DNA from: Macrostomum lignano
Taxonomy: Eukaryota
Assembly (NCBI GenBank): GCA_002269645.1
Contig: NIVC01000434.1
Span: 1 to 64,000, forward strand
Reading direction: 5' to 3'
Length of the DNA: 64,000 bases
Made by a program: the position numbers and the translations under genes. The notes under the pieces were generated by a model, which saw only the letters and a program-made list of their open reading frames with translations, was not told the origin of the DNA and ran no database searches. Of this stretch, positions 1 to 15,974 are shown piece by piece; position 1 is the first letter of the stretch; every line of letters begins with the position of its first letter.

Positions 1-3000
1 AATATTAATGAAAATACTTTTGGACTTGTGCTTTAATAAACCATAGATAGCTAGGGGCCTATAGCATAGCTTATGAAATCATTATTTATAAGTAAAGTAA
101 TAAATTTATTTAAATAATTTTTATACTTGGTATTAAATTAGGTCTAAGTTGAAATTGGTATTTTCTGGAATGGCATATGATATAGTGTTTGACTTTATTC
201 ATAGGTGAAAAAAGCAAATTTAGCTACTTTTTGGCTGTCATGGCTTCAAGCCTAGCCTAGGCTATCATACATTAATCAGAGGCATATTTAGAAATATAAA
301 TTATAAAATGAGTGGGCGAATTTTACCAATAAGACTAAGAGTGGGGGCGTCATTAATATACACGAGAAGGGCGTCATATAAGACCTTATGCGAGAGCCAA
401 CTAGCGAGAGGGATGCCATATAGGCCTACACACACTAGAGAGTCTAGAGGGGGCGCCATGCGGAGCAAACTGAGCAAGCTGAGGACCTTACCCCCTTAAA
501 TACGCTTCTAACATTAATAAGCTAATCTAGTGAATTTAATCAGTGATACTGAAAACTCATGAAATATATCTTATATCTAAAGCTGAGTGGATCGATCGAT
601 TGGGCCGCCCGACCGGGTTTCCGTTTAACGCTTATCTCCTCACTTATTATATAAAGTAAGCAAGATTTAGTTTTAGACTACAGAAAGACTAGGCCTTTAT
701 GATCTGCTGATAATCTGTAAAGTAATGCTGTCGTTATGATCAACGCGAATCATTCAGAACTGGCTTAAGTTAAAAGCCATTGATATTCGTCCAAGAAATT
801 AACAGAAACAACTGGACACAGGGGGAGTTTCCAATAAAATCAGTTGGTGACGAGTAAGTCAAAACCAGGAAAGAACTTAAAAATGAACTAAAACTAACGT
901 TTAGACTATGCTTTGGAATTATTTTCTATTTAAAAATTTTAAATTCTTGCAAAAAATTGTAAGTTCAGTCAAAATCGATAAAATCTGCGCTAAAATTTGT
1001 TAATACAAGAAAATATTCCTGATTTACTTTGAATTCCAGAATAGTTTCCGCGTCGAATATGCATGCTATTTCTTCATTTTTACACGTTCATTAAATTATA
1101 TTTGTAGCGTGGAATAGAAAATTTTGCATTTAAAGTATTTAAATTTTTTGAGAAAGGCAATGCACTGCAGCTGCATGTACACCTAGAAAGGACCGGCCTG
1201 TTTAAACATAGTTGCTAGTTTCCTTATAGTCAGTCGTTATCATATCTCTAGCTCTTTTCTGTGGGGCGAGAGTGATCGACTATAGTGAGCCTTAATCGAG
1301 CGCATTAATTTAATGCAGTCTTTGCGTAGCCTTAGACGTATCTAGGTCTTTAAACACTTCTACAGTGTAGATCAAATAATTTAGAGTACCAATAATGAAA
1401 AAAATATATGATAATCTACACATACGTATATTTTTTCCAATTTTTTTCTACAGAACATGTAACTGGAACATTAGACGAAAGATATTTATAGACGAAAAAT
1501 ATCCAGTTCATTTAAATTTAGGACCTAAAAATTCTCATGAATGAATTAATTTTTATCGCAGTGACGACCACGCTTAGCTATTGATCGAATATATCTGTCG
1601 CATGATACAAATTCTAAAATTCATAATTGCTTCAGACCAGAATTATTCAACACATGCAGTCTTTATATATATAGTCCCTGCAGGTTAGGCATTTATTTTT
1701 CCTTGCATACTATGCAGACGCAGCATGTTTCAGCATGTTTCAGTGATGGTCCACATGAAAACATTCATCATTCATGTTTGACTAAATTATTTTTATACCT
1801 ATAAGTCGATAATGCTGTCAGATTTTATAAAAATCCCAAGGTGAGGCAGTGTCAAGTTTTTATCTGTCAGGCAGCAAAAATCTTTATACAACCACAAGTT
1901 TTAGCTATGTCCTGGCTCATAACATCGAGTATTAAATTTGGTTTTTGTCTCCAGCAGCCTGCAGATCAGGAGATCGACGTCCCGAATCGATCAGCACAGC
2001 ACAGCGCAGTTGGCAGAATTGACGCTCGCATATTAATGGACTCGATAAGGGTGCTTGAGCTGAGGAATCCCGTTCCTTGTAGGACCCAGAAAAATATCGC
2101 TGATGGCCCTATAATGACGTGCATATCATGTACTATATACGTATACTATCAAACTCCTACATGTATTTGTATAAATCTATCGATGAAGAGCGATCGTTCC
2201 AGAACGGCAGAAGTGCGGCAGAATAAGATTTGACTTTGGCTACTCGAGAGACTATCGACTGTGCGGTTGTATATCGGCCTTCGTGACGTTGAAGTATTAA
2301 ACCAATCGCATTGAGGCTCCAGTGGATTGATATGAGTATAGCAAAACTGACGGGCCCGCAATGACCCACCCACTACATACATATACTACACTGAGAGCTC
2401 AGCTCATTATCCACTGATTGATGGCTGTCAGGTTTCTTGGCTAATAAATCACAACTTATAAGCATGCAGAGGGAGGGATAGTTGACCAACAATATTCATA
2501 AGCCCATGAGTTCATGAACGCATTTAAGGCTCTCAAACTATTAAGTTGACTTTCGTAGGATTTGCTCGTTATAAACTCGAGCAGTACGTTGTTGGGAAGT
2601 ATGTGCTCTGAAAAAAATTCTCTTTGTTAATATGCTCTCAAAAGCAATCAGATTCTTGTAGCGTACGGATTTTTTTCGTCTATGACGGAAACTCATTCCT
2701 AAAGTCATTTTTGGATGCTTTCAAGAAAGAGAGTGATTCTAAAGCTCGAAATTTCACCAAGGACCACTGTATATAACAGTGGTGGTATATAACATGCTCG
2801 AAACTTTATATCATAAATGTAGAAAAATCTTGTTCACTAGCTCGCAACTTCGAGTTTATGAAATTTGGAGTTTGTGAAAGTATGAAAGTGATTAGGACTT
2901 ACTGCATATATGTACATGTATATTGGGACCTCTAATTGGGGATCAATACCTGGTCAATGGGGCCTCTAATTAGGGATTAATACCTGGTTGAATGGAACCT

Positions 3001-4025
3001 TTAAGTATTTATTAATAATTGGGTAATGAGACCTCTAATTTGTAGATTGATGCTTACAAGCCAACGAATGAGTTTCAACATTGTACAGACGTACGTACGT
3101 ACATTCGCCTATAGTTTTTTCTCAGGACGCCAAAATATTGCAAATTAAAAGTACTTATTAAAAGTACAGTTCCATTCGATACCCCCTGAAATCCTAGGTG
3201 ACTGATGAATGCCATTTGACCCAGGAGATTTCCACTGTCTATGGCCAAAAAGGGGGTTAGATAGATAGATCATAGATAGATCAGAGATAGATGAAACAGT
3301 GGTCCCCAGTGGGCGCCCCAACCCCTGTCACCCATGTTCAAGACGTGGCAAACGTCGATCTAGGTTGCCCCCTCCTACATCCGCATGTATCACGCAGAAG
3401 CGAATGCCAGTAATTGAAATTCCAGCCTGCAAAATAAAATTTACACGAACACCGGGTGTCGCATCCTGCCAGGCAAAGCAGAGTTAAAGGAAGGAGGATC
3501 TGTCTGACACAAATAATCGAGTAGGTACACAGGAGAATATTGGAGACATTTGGGATACACAGCATCCGATTGCGTGCAGCAGAAGCAGAGAAGCCCCCCA
3601 TCACTGCTAAGATTCAAAGATGTTGGCCAAGACACGCTGCATAGAGTCCTTTCTGCGCCTTCTCTCCCAATCTCTCCCTGCTCTCCTTCACCGCGAGCTT
3701 TCTCCATAACAGTTGGAACTTCAGGGTAAGCGAAGGAAAGTAAAAAAAAACTTACAGGACTCAGGATCTGCGGGGGCTGGGTGGCTTGGAGTGGGCTAAG
3801 TAAAGCAAAGTTGGCACACTTGCAATCAGCGGGAGAAACTCAATTTTCCCGAGACTCGCAGGGCTCTGCGTCATCTAACCTAGAAACTGGCCGCCGCCCG
3901 CCAAAACCACCCTTGTGTGCGAGCTGCACTCTTCCAGCCTCCGTCTGCAACCTTCCTAGCAACTTTCAGTGCTCAAAAAGTCTCAATTTCGACATAACTT
4001 TTGAACAAATTGTCCCTTTCAACAC

Positions 4026-4361
<336 letters not shown>

Positions 4362-5229
4362 TGCACACAGCCACCTAATGAGTTTCCAGTCCGCAGAGTA
4401 CTGAATAGAGAGGAAAGCGAGGACCGAGACGTGCTCAGCTCTTCAAACTGCAGGCAACCGCACCGAGGCGACCCCAGTGCCGAATTACACACGAAGTAAA
4501 ATCCCTACTTCGTAAAAAAGGTTTCACCCAGTAGAATCTGAAGAGCATCAAAGTGTAGATAGAAGGAAGAGATGAAATGAGGATCTGTGAGGCAGGGGCT
4601 CGGGTTCTCATTAAGACCTGGGGATCTCGCAGGAAACTGCTGGACTGTGCAGGCGGGAAATCTTCCCTCTGAGAGTTTTGAATCGGCTCAGGACTGCAAC
4701 GGGACGCTGCTTATTTGCCCTGAGTATGTTTTTCTGCTCAAAGCTTTGAGTGGTTGAAAAAAAAAATAGAATTCCGAATTAACTAGCTAGCTCATTGGGT
4801 ACAGTGGCGGCTCAATACTTGGTAGGGCATCAGTGGCCCCAACAACGGAAGCAGAAGTTTCACCATAGACAATTTGGTGGAGCAAAATTCGATTTCCTGA
4901 GAGAATTAAAAATACACTACATGTAACGAAGCGACAAATACGAGCGAATACACACTTAAACCACGTTAACGTGCCTTTCCAGCTGGTTATTGCGATAGAT
5001 TTTTGCGGGATTTAAAAAGTTTTGCAATTAGAAATCCGCTCCTTCGTTTATCTTTTGTGATGAGTTGAGCGAATTCACTAAATAACTAAATAGTCCTCTG
5101 CTTCTTTATCTGCTCCAGCAAGAAATTCTTCTCCATTAGCAAGAGTGGCATTTCTTTATGCAATCGTGGCGATCCTACATAGTGACAATATGAGCCGCCA
5201 AGCCAACTTCTGGGTTCTCTCAAAATCGA

Positions 5230-5413
5230 TATCACTTATGAACATAAACTATAATCGGATACGGCTTGTAACTTGAATGACTTGTAACTTTTAGACTCAA
5301 AATTGACAGGTTGTTTCTTGAATCGCAATTACTTGTATCTTTTAGCTTGTCACTACTAATCAACTTGTAACTTGTAGCGTTGTTACTTGTAAGATATATC
5401 AGACACACCTCTG
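5230..5413 (-). mobile_element. Possible hAT element end with TTACAAG subterminal repeats
   Basis: Minus strand starts CAGAGGTGTGTC followed by several TTACAAG/ACAAGT repeats; the partner end was not found. Confidence 0.3.
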
Positions 5414-6283
5414 GCAAAAAATCCCCGGGTAAAGGCCATAGACTATAGCTTCTGCATTAGCAGCATTAGCTAGTGTCTGTGGCCCTAGCCTCTGAGACGG
5501 CCGCTAAATACGAGTACATCAGCGAATGCTGGAGTGGCACATTTAGGTAAATATAAAAGCTGCATGTGATCTATACTATCTACAAGCTCCGTGTAGCGGC
5601 GTCCTTCTTTTTCGGCGTCTAACCGCATTTGTCCGTGGATAACTCACTGAAGACTAAGTGGGGTGGCAACGGAGAACCTCTCGTGGACTTCTTACTCCAA
5701 AGGCCAACAAAACTGACAAAATCAAGATCTAAGGAGCTTTAAGTGTATGTCAAGCAAAACAAAAGAAGCAGACACTCTTGGTATTTTAGTAGAAGCATTT
5801 CTGAGCAAGAATCCGTAAGAAGAATTGAATGAAACTTCCCTCGGAGTCAGAAATGTTCTGCAGCTCCGGGTATAGGCAGGGGGCGGCGGAGTTGAACATC
5901 TGGCCTTCTTCATGCGAAACGAACAGGTGTTTTTGTCCCCGGGAGTTTAGTTGACTGCAGGATGAGGGAGGCGAGGCAGTGGACTTCTGTCAGTCTATAC
6001 TGCAAATTCCCATACCTGTTTGAACGGATGAAAGCTTTTGCGCGGCTATGCCATTTTCCCAATTTCTGGGGACAGAAATTGCCAGACACGCTCGTTGAAC
6101 AGCATCTTGCATGATGGAGTAGTTTGAAAGGAAAAATAAAGAGCGGATGCTGGTTCTGGAAATTATTAAGATGCGGCTTTTCCTACGGAGTTATTTGTAC
6201 GAACTTGAGGCTATGACCTAATAGGCCCATAAACACTCGCAAAGTCAGTTTAAGCGCTCTTAAATCAATATATAATCAGCATG

Positions 6284-9200
6284 TAAGACTCAGGAGACTC
6301 AGGAGGGACACTGAGGACTCGGGAGGGACACTGAGGACTCGGGAGGGATACTGAGGACTCGGGAGGGATACTGAGGACTCGGGAGGGACACTGAGGACTC
6401 GGGAGGGATACTGAGGACTCGGGAGGGACACTGAGGACTCGGGAGGGATACTGAGGACTCGGGAGGGACACTGAGGACTCGGGAGGGATACTGAGGACTC
6501 GGGAGGGACACTGAGGACTCGGGAGGGATACTGAGGACTCGGAGGGACACTGAGGACTCGGGAGGGACACTGAGGACTCGGGAGGGATACTGAGGACTCG
6601 GGAGGGACACTGAGGACTCAGGAGGGACACTGAAGACTCGGGGAAGACACTGAGGACTCGGGAGGGACACCGAGGACTCGGGAGGGACACTGAAGACTCG
6701 GGAAGAACACTAAGGACTCGGGGAGGGACACTGAAGACTCGGGGAAGACACTGAGGACTCAGGCAAGACACTGAGGACTCGGGAGGGACACTGAGTACTC
6801 GGCAGGGACACTGAGGACTCGGGAGGGACACTGAGGACTCGGGAGGGACACTGAGGACTCGGGAGGGACACTGAGGACTCGGGAGGGACACTGAGGACTC
6901 AGGAGGGACACTGAAGACTCGAGGAAGACACTGAGGACTCAGGGAAGACACTGAGGACTCGGGAGGGACACTGAGGACTCAGGCAAGACCCTGAGGACCC
7001 GGGGAAGACACTGAGGACTCGGGAAGACACTGAGGACTCGGGAGGGACACTGAAGACTCAGGCAAGACACTGAGGACCCGGGAGGGACACTGAGGACCCG
7101 GGGAAGACACTGAGGACTCGGGAGGGACACTGAGGACTCGGGAGAGACACTGAAGACTCAGGCAAGACACTGAGGACCCAGGGAAGACACTGAGGACTCG
7201 GGAGGGACACCGAGGACTCGGGAGGGACACTGAAGACTCGGAAAGAACACTAAGGACTCGGGGAGGGACACTGAAGACTCGGGGAAGACACTGAGGACTC
7301 AGGGAAGACACTGAGGACTCGGGAGGGACACTGAGGACTCAGGCAAGACCCTGAGGACCCGGGGAAGACACTGAGGACTCGGGAAGACACTGAGGACTCG
7401 GGAGGGACACTGAAGACTCAGGCAAGACACTGAGGACCCGGGAGGGACACTGAGGACCCGGGGAAGACACTGAGGACTCGGGAGGGACACTGAGGACTCG
7501 GGAGAGACACTGAAGACTCAGGCAAGACACTGAGGACCCAGGGAAGACACTGAGGACTCGGGAGGGACACCGAGGACTCGGGAGGGACACTGAAGACTCG
7601 GAAAGAACACTAAGGACTCGGGGAGGGACACTGAAGACTCGGGGAAGACACTGAGGACTCAGGGAAGACACTGAGGACTCGGGAGGGACACTGAGGACTC
7701 AGGCAAGACCCTGAGGACCCAAGAAGACACTGAGGACTCGGGAAGACACTGAGGACTCGGGAGGGACACTGAAGACTCAGGCAAGACACTGAGGACCCGG
7801 GAGGGACACTGAGGACCCGGGGAAGACACTGAGGACTCGGGAGGGACACTGAGGACTCGGGAGAGACACTGAAGACTCAGGCAAGACACTGAGGACCCAG
7901 GGAAGACACTGAGGACTCGGGAGGGACACTGATGACTCGGGAGGGACACTGATGACTCGGGAGGGACACTGAAGACTCAGGCAAGACACTGAGAGTCGGG
8001 AAGACACTGAGACTCGGGGAAGACACTGAGGACTCGGGGAAGACACTGAGGACTCGGGGAAGACACTGAGGACTCGGGGAAGACACTGAGGACTCGGGAG
8101 GGACACTGAAGACTCGGAAAGAACACTAAGGACTCGGGGAGGGACACTGAAGACTCGGGGAAGACACTGAGGACTCAGGCAAGACACTGAGGACTCGGGA
8201 GGGACACTGAGGACTCGGGAGGGACACTGAGGACTCGGGAGGGACACTGAGGACTCGGGAGGGACACTGAGGACTCGGGAGGGACACTGAGGGCTCAGGA
8301 GGGACACTGAGGACTCGGGAGGGACACTGAGGACTCGGGAGGGACACTGAGGACTCGGGAGGGATACTGAGGACTCGGGAGGGATACTGAGGACTCGGGA
8401 GGGATACTGAGGACTCGGGAGGGATACTGAGGACTCGGTAGGGATACTGAGGACTCGGGAGGGACACTGAGGACTCGGGCAAGACACTGAGGACTCGGGA
8501 GGGACACTGAGGAATCGGGAGGGATACTGAGGACTCGGGAGGGATACTGAGGACTCGGGAGGGACACTGAGGACTCGGGCAAGACACTGAGGACTCGGGA
8601 GGGACACTGAGGACTCGGCAGGGATACTGAGGACTCGGGAGGGATACTGAGGACTCGGGAGGGATACTGAGTACTCGGGAGGGATACTGAGGACTCGGGA
8701 GGGACACTGAGGACTCGGGCAAGACAGTGAGGACTCGGGAGGGACACTGAGGACTCGGGAGGGACACTGAAAACTCGGGGAAGACACTGAGGACTCAGGG
8801 AAGACACTGAGGACTCGGGAGGGACACTGAGGACTCGGGCAAGACACTGAGGACTCGGGAGGGACACTGAGGACTCGGCAGGGATACTGAGGACTCGGGA
8901 GGGATACTGAGGACTCGGGAGGGATACTGAGGACTCGGGAGGGATACTGAGGACTCGGGAGGGACACTGAGGACTCGGGAGGGACCCTGAGGACTCGGGA
9001 GGGATACTGAGTACTCGGGAGGGATACTGAGGACTCGGGAGGGACACTGAGGACTCGGGCAAGACAGTGAGGACTCGGGAGGGACACTGAGGACTCGGGA
9101 GGGACACTGAAAACTCGGGGAAGACACTGAGGACTCAGGGAAGACACTGAGGACTCGGGAGGGACACTGAAGACTCAGGCAAGACACTGAGGACCCGGGA

Positions 9201-9960
9201 GGGACACTGAGGACCCGGGGAAGACACTGAGGACTCGGGAGGGACACTGAAGACTCAGGCAAGACACTGAGAGTCGGGAAGACACTGAGGACTCGGGGAA
9301 GACACTGAGGACTCGGGAGGGACACTGAAGACTCAGGCAAGACACTGAGAGTCGGGAAGACACTGAGGACTCGGGGAAGACACTGAGGACTCGGGAGGGA
9401 CACTGAAGACTCAGGCAAGACACTGAGAGTCGGGAAGACACTGAGGACTCGGGGAAGACACTGAGGACCCAGGGAAGACACTGAGGACTCGGGAGGGACA
9501 CTGATGACTCGGGAGGGACACTGATGACTCGGGAGGGACACTGAAGACTCAGGCAAGACACTGAGAGTCGGGAAGACACTGAGGACTCGGGGAAGACACT
9601 GAGGACTCGGGGAAGACACTGAGGACTCGGGGAAGACACTGAGGACCCAGGGAAGACACTGAGGACTCGGGAGGGACACTGATGACTCGGGAGGGACACT
9701 GATGACTCGGGAGGGACACTGATGACTCGGGAGGGACACTGAAGACTCAGGCAAGACACTGAGAGTCGGGAAGACACTGAGGACTCGGGGAAGACACTGA
9801 GGACTCGGGAGGGACACTGATGACTCGGGAGGGACACTGAGAGTCGGGAAGACACTGAGGACTCGGGGAAGACACTGAGGACTCGGGAGGGACACTGAAG
9901 ACTCAGGCAAGACACTGAGAGTCGGGAAGACACTGAGGACTCGGGGAAGACACTGAGGAC
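6284..9960 (+). repeat. 20-bp minisatellite (GAGGACTCGGGAGGGACACT), about 3.7 kb, with a 360-bp higher-order repeat
   Basis: Tandem units with variant forms (GGGGAAGACACT, AGGCAAGACACT). The stretch from about 6925 to 7720 repeats with an exact 360-bp period. Confidence 0.98.
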
Positions 9961-10316
9961 TTGAGAAAGGACGCTGAAGACAAGGATATGCCACTAAAGC
10001 TGTGTATAAGTGGCATTCATTATTCAACAGCAGATCGGCTCCATCCAATTGTCGCAATTTCGTTATTTTTTAGCCAACATTTTAGCATCATAGAATATCA
10101 TTAATTCGCAGTGAAATTACGTGCGTACCATGCTGTTCTATCACATCTCCATAGCAACTAAAAAGCTGATTGATTATTAATCTCATGACCCTGGCCAGTG
10201 CAGCCAGCCGTGATGGTCTCTTAGCTATGCTCTCCGCATCGTCTCAGTTTTCAGGAAGCAAAATTCGTTTCCTGGAAGCATCAGCAACCTCTGGAGAGCT
10301 CTGGAGACAGACATAC

Positions 10317-10348
<32 letters not shown>

Positions 10349-10360
10349 AGAGAGAGAGGG
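10317..10360 (+). repeat. (GA)n microsatellite
   Basis: Direct reading. Confidence 0.9.
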
Positions 10361-11245
10361 AGAAACAGGATACCGGATAAAATGAAGCTGACATTAGATA
10401 TGAAGCATCAACGAGTAGGAGCTGGTTGGTAAAGAAAATAACTGCTCTGCGCATATAATGGAGACTGCGGGTTTTGCAGGATTTTAGGTATTTCTCACGT
10501 AGCAGACGGCGGGGAGGTCAAGGGAGAGGTTGCTCACAGCTTCAAATTTTCCCGATCGCCCCGAGGGTTTGAAGGCCCCGGATCCGTGCTCTTCCCTATT
10601 ATTCCCCCAAGCTGCTAATATGTTGGTCCTGCTCATCTGCAGCGCAGCTTCCCGAGTGACGAAACCGTATTTGTAAGCTTATTTTTCTCCTGCATCTCAT
10701 TCGCAAAACAACGTTGCTGGCCTTGGGGTGAAGGGGGGATCCCCAGGCAGAGGTTGGCTGCTCTGATCCCGAAGAAACGATGCGGCATGATCTGGACGCA
10801 TCCCCATAGGGACTTCCATCCCCACTTCTCCCACCCCCATACCGAAATGTTTCTCAACTTTCGCTTGGCAGCCAGGAGAGATCCCATAAGACGTCCGAAG
10901 TGCATTTTCTTCCTAATGCCCGGCCATCCCACCCCTTAGATCCCAGTTCTCTTCTAGCGAATAATGATATGCCAGTAGCCACTGCTGGGGCTCCTGCGAG
11001 TGAAAGCATAAACAAATTCTGGTATCTCACTGGCTCCCTCGTATGCTCCCTGCGCTGCGGTCGATGCCGTGGTGCAGCCAGCCAATTTTCTCCTCTTGGT
11101 GATTAAGTTTCCTATAGGAGATTATTAACACGCTGGCGGCGCTGCGGGTTCCCAAGGGGGATTTCGCTGGCTTTAATTATAGCCCGTCTTTGAGTGCCGA
11201 CCACTTGCAGTCGCTACAGTGCGGTGCGACTTTGACAGCTGTGTA

Positions 11246-12316
<1,071 letters not shown>

Positions 12317-12849
12317 AAACGCATCCCCCAGTGTCTGGTCCCTCAGTAGTATATTAATCGATCTCGCAAGCAGCTGCCCAGCGGTCGCAGAGGATTAGTG
12401 TAGATGGTTTGCTGTATAAGAAGCTGCCGGCCTTTCTCAGATTGCTAGGCTGAGAGAAGAGCGAGCGGTGGGGTTGGGCGATCATGAAAAAGCTTCTTGG
12501 ATGCGCCGACGATTAAGTGGCCGCCTTCTAATCAAGCGAGCGGTTTGGGGGAAAGAGGAAAAATACTTTGGTTCTGGGCAATTTAGTCCTAAAAAAAGAA
12601 AAACTCGCGCAAAAATTCTGATGATTTTAATAGGAAGGGCAGATTGGGATTATCGTAAATTTTAGAAAGGAATCGGAATCGAAGAAAAAAAATGGAACTA
12701 TGGAAAAATGAATTACTCTCGCAATACTCTAGGGTGAGATGAGTGTGAGGTTTTGGATCATATAGAAAACTAATGGAAGTGAAGTAAAAAGAAAGTAAGA
12801 GAGTGGAAGTGAAATTAAGGCCAATAGCAAGGGGGAGATTGAGGGGGGA

Positions 12850-15360
12850 GAGAGTAGATAAGACAGTGAGAGACAGCAGGGGCGGAGATGAAGGGAGAGA
12901 GTAGGTGAGACAGTGAGAGGCAGCAGGGGGAGATGAAGGGAGAGAGTAGGTGAGATATGAGAGGCAGCAGGGGGGAGATGAAGGGAGAGAGTAGGTGAGA
13001 CAGTAAGAGACAGCAGGGGGAGATGAAGTGAGACAGTAGGTGAGACAGTGAGAGACAGCATGGGATAGATGAAGGGAGAGAGTAGGTGAGACAGTGAGAG
13101 GCAGCAGGGGGAGATGAAGTGAGACAGTGAGAGACAGTAGGGAGAGATGAAGGGAGAGAGTAGGTGAGACAGTGAGAGACAGCAGGGGGAGATGAAAGGA
13201 GAGAGTAGGTGAGACAGTGAGAGACAGCAGGGGACAGATGAAGGGAGAGAGTAGGTGAGACAGTGAGAGACAGCAGGGGGAGATAAAGGAGACAGTAGGT
13301 GAGACAGTGAGAGACAGCAGGGGACAGATGAAGGGAGAGAGTAGGTGAGACAGTGGGAGACAGCACGGGATAGATGAAGTGAGAACAGTAGGTGAGACAG
13401 TGAGAGACAGCAGGGGGAGATGAAGTGTGACCGTAGGTGAGACAGTGAGAGGCAGCAGGGGATAGATGAAGTGAGACAGTAGGTGAGACAGCAGGGGGAG
13501 ATGAAAGGAGAGAGTAGGTGAGACAGTGAGAGACAGCAGGGGGAGATGAAAGGAGAGAGTAGGTGAGACAGTGAGAGACAGCAGGGGACAGATGAAGGAG
13601 AGAGTAGGTGAGACAGTGAGAGACAGCAGGGGGAGATGAAAGGAGAGAGTAGGTGAGACAGTGAGAGACAGCAGGGGGAGATGAAAGGAGAGAGTAGGTG
13701 AGACAGTGAGAGACAGCAGGGGGAGATGAAGTGAGACAGTAGGTGAGACAGTGAGAGGCAGCAGGGGACATATGAAGTGAGACAGTAGGTGAGACAGTGA
13801 GAGGCAGCAGGGGACATATGAAGTGAGACAGTAGTTGAGACAGTGAGAGGCAGCAGGGGATAGATGAAGGAGAGAGTAGGTGAGACAGTGAGAGACAGCA
13901 GGGGATAGATGAAGTGAGAACAGTAGGTGAGACAGTGAGAGACAGCAGGGGAGATGAAGTGAGACAGTAGGTGAGACAGTGAGAGACAGCAGGGGGAGAT
14001 GAAGTGAGACAGTAGGTGAGACAGTGAGAGACAGCAGGGGGAGATAAAGGAGACAGTAGGTGAGACAGTGAGAGACAGCAGGGGGAGATGAAGGGAGACA
14101 GTAGGTGAGACAGTGAGAGACAGCAGGGGGAGATGAAGGGAGACAGTAGGTGAGACAGTGAGAGACAGCAGGGGGAGATGAAGTGAGACAGTAGGTGAGA
14201 CAGTGAGAGACAGCAGGGGACATATGAAGTGAGACAGTAGGTGAGACAGTGAGAGACAGCAGGGGGAGATGAAGGGAGACAGTAGGTGAGACAGTGAGAG
14301 ACAGCAGGGGGAGATGAAGGGAGACAGTAGGTGAGACAGTGAGAGACAGCAGGGGATAGATGAAGGGAGAGAGTAGGTGAGACAGTGAGAGACAGCAGGG
14401 GATAGATGAAGTGAGAACAGTAGGTGAGACAGTGAGAGACAGCAGGGGGAGATGAAGGGAGAGAGTAGGTGAGACAGTGAGAGACAGCAGGGGATAGATG
14501 AAGGGAGAGAGTAGGTGAGACAGTGAGAGACAGCAGGGGATAGATGAAGTGAGAACAGTAGGTGAGACAGTGAGAGACAGCAGGGGGAGATGAAGTGAGA
14601 CAGTAGGTGAGACAGTGAGAGGCAGCAGGGGACATATGAAGTGAGACAGTAGGTGAGACAGTGAGAGGCAGCAGGGGACAGATGAAGTGAGACAGTAGGT
14701 GAGACAGCAGGGGGAGATGAAAGGAGAGAGTAGGTGAGACAGTGAGAGACAGCAGGGGGAGATGAAAGGAGAGAGTAGGTGAGACAGTGAGAGGCAGCAG
14801 GGGACATATGAAGTGAGACAGTAGGTGAGACAGTGAGAGACAGCAGGGGACAGATGAAGGGAGAGAGTAGGTGAGACAGTGAGAGACAGCAGGGGGAGAT
14901 GAAAGGAGAGAGTAGGTGAGACAGTGAGAGGCAGCAGGGGACATATGAAGGGAGACAGTAGGTGAGACAGTGAGAGACAGCAGGGGATAGATGAAGGGAG
15001 AGAGTAGGTGAGACAGTGAGAGACAGCAGGGGATAGATGAAGTGAGAACAGTAGGTGAGACAGTGAGAGACAGCAGGGGGAGATGAAGTGAGACAGTAGG
15101 TGAGACAGTGAGAGACAGCAGGGGGAGATGAAGTGAGACAGTAGGTGAGACAGTGAGAGACAGCAGGGGGAGATAAAGGATACAGTAGGTGAGACAGTGA
15201 GACAGCAGGGGGAGATGAAGTGAGACAGTAGGTGAGACAGTGAGAGACAGCAGGGGGAGATGAAGTGAGACAGTAGGTGAGACAGTGAGAGACAGCAGGG
15301 GGAGATAAAGGAGACAGTAGGTGAGACAGTGAGACAGCAGGGGGAGATGAAGGGAGAGAG
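12850..15360 (+). repeat. 45-bp minisatellite (GTAGGTGAGACAGTGAGAGACAGCAGGGGGAGATGAAGTGAGACA)
   Basis: Period 45 (e.g. 14101 and 14146); about 55 copies; purine-rich on the plus strand. Confidence 0.97.
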
Positions 15361-15890
15361 CAGGATGAGGTCAAAGTCAGGCTGGCTGTACACTACAGAA
15401 TCGGTAAAGAGAGGCACACAAGCAAATGCATGCATAATTTCAGCTGCCTCTGGGGGAGGCGGGAAGCAAATGGAACTCAGCTGAGAGCCAGGCACCCAGA
15501 TGCTAATCGGAACAAAAAATCGATTCAACCCTGCTCCGTTTCCCCTTCCCGAAGTCCCAAATGAAGCACTATTTAGATCCCCAAAATCTCCAGGTTTTTG
15601 GGGTTTGAAAATGGGGGTGTGGGTGGGATTAGGCCTTGCACTTAGCGGGCGTCAGATCTGCATAATCCGTTTGACTTAGGAGCGGCCTTGGTCTCAATTT
15701 TGTGTCTAGATTCCTTCCCCAGTCCGATCCCCTAAGAATAGATGCTCCTTTCGCAAAGCTGCATCCTATCCAGCTGTATAAAGACGTTATACAGCTCGGA
15801 ATCAAGAGTCGGCGGCTTTATTTTTTTCCGAAAATCAAATGCAAGTCAAGTGTCAAGCCGCATCTATTTTAGCATTTTTAGTATGGTGGA

Positions 15891-15925
15891 CTAGCAATCT
15901 GAGCCCCCTGTTGGGGAGGCAACAA
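15891..15925 (-). mobile_element. Helitron-like 3' terminus (hairpin + CTAG|T)
   Basis: Minus strand: gcctcccc-aaca-gggggc tcagattg CTAG|T. Confidence 0.45.
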
Positions 15926-15974
15926 AAAGGAATAGATATTTTTGAATAAATTGCATGTAGCATTTGATTTTGCA

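Noticed and set aside
2157-2369. Minus-strand ORF with a TPR-like helix (SLNAIGLILQRHEGRYTTA)
   Set aside because: A single weak repeat with no convincing acceptor or partner exons.
3299-4020. Short ORFs and splice-like signals; FGIHSIR weakly resembles a tyrosine-recombinase motif
   Set aside because: In-frame stops lie nearby, no consistent exon chain could be built, and the similarity is too short.
6284-9960. Hammerhead ribozyme core CTGA(G/T)GA within the 20-bp satellite
   Set aside because: No stem II followed by GAAA and no complementary helices; the array is one-strand purine-rich.
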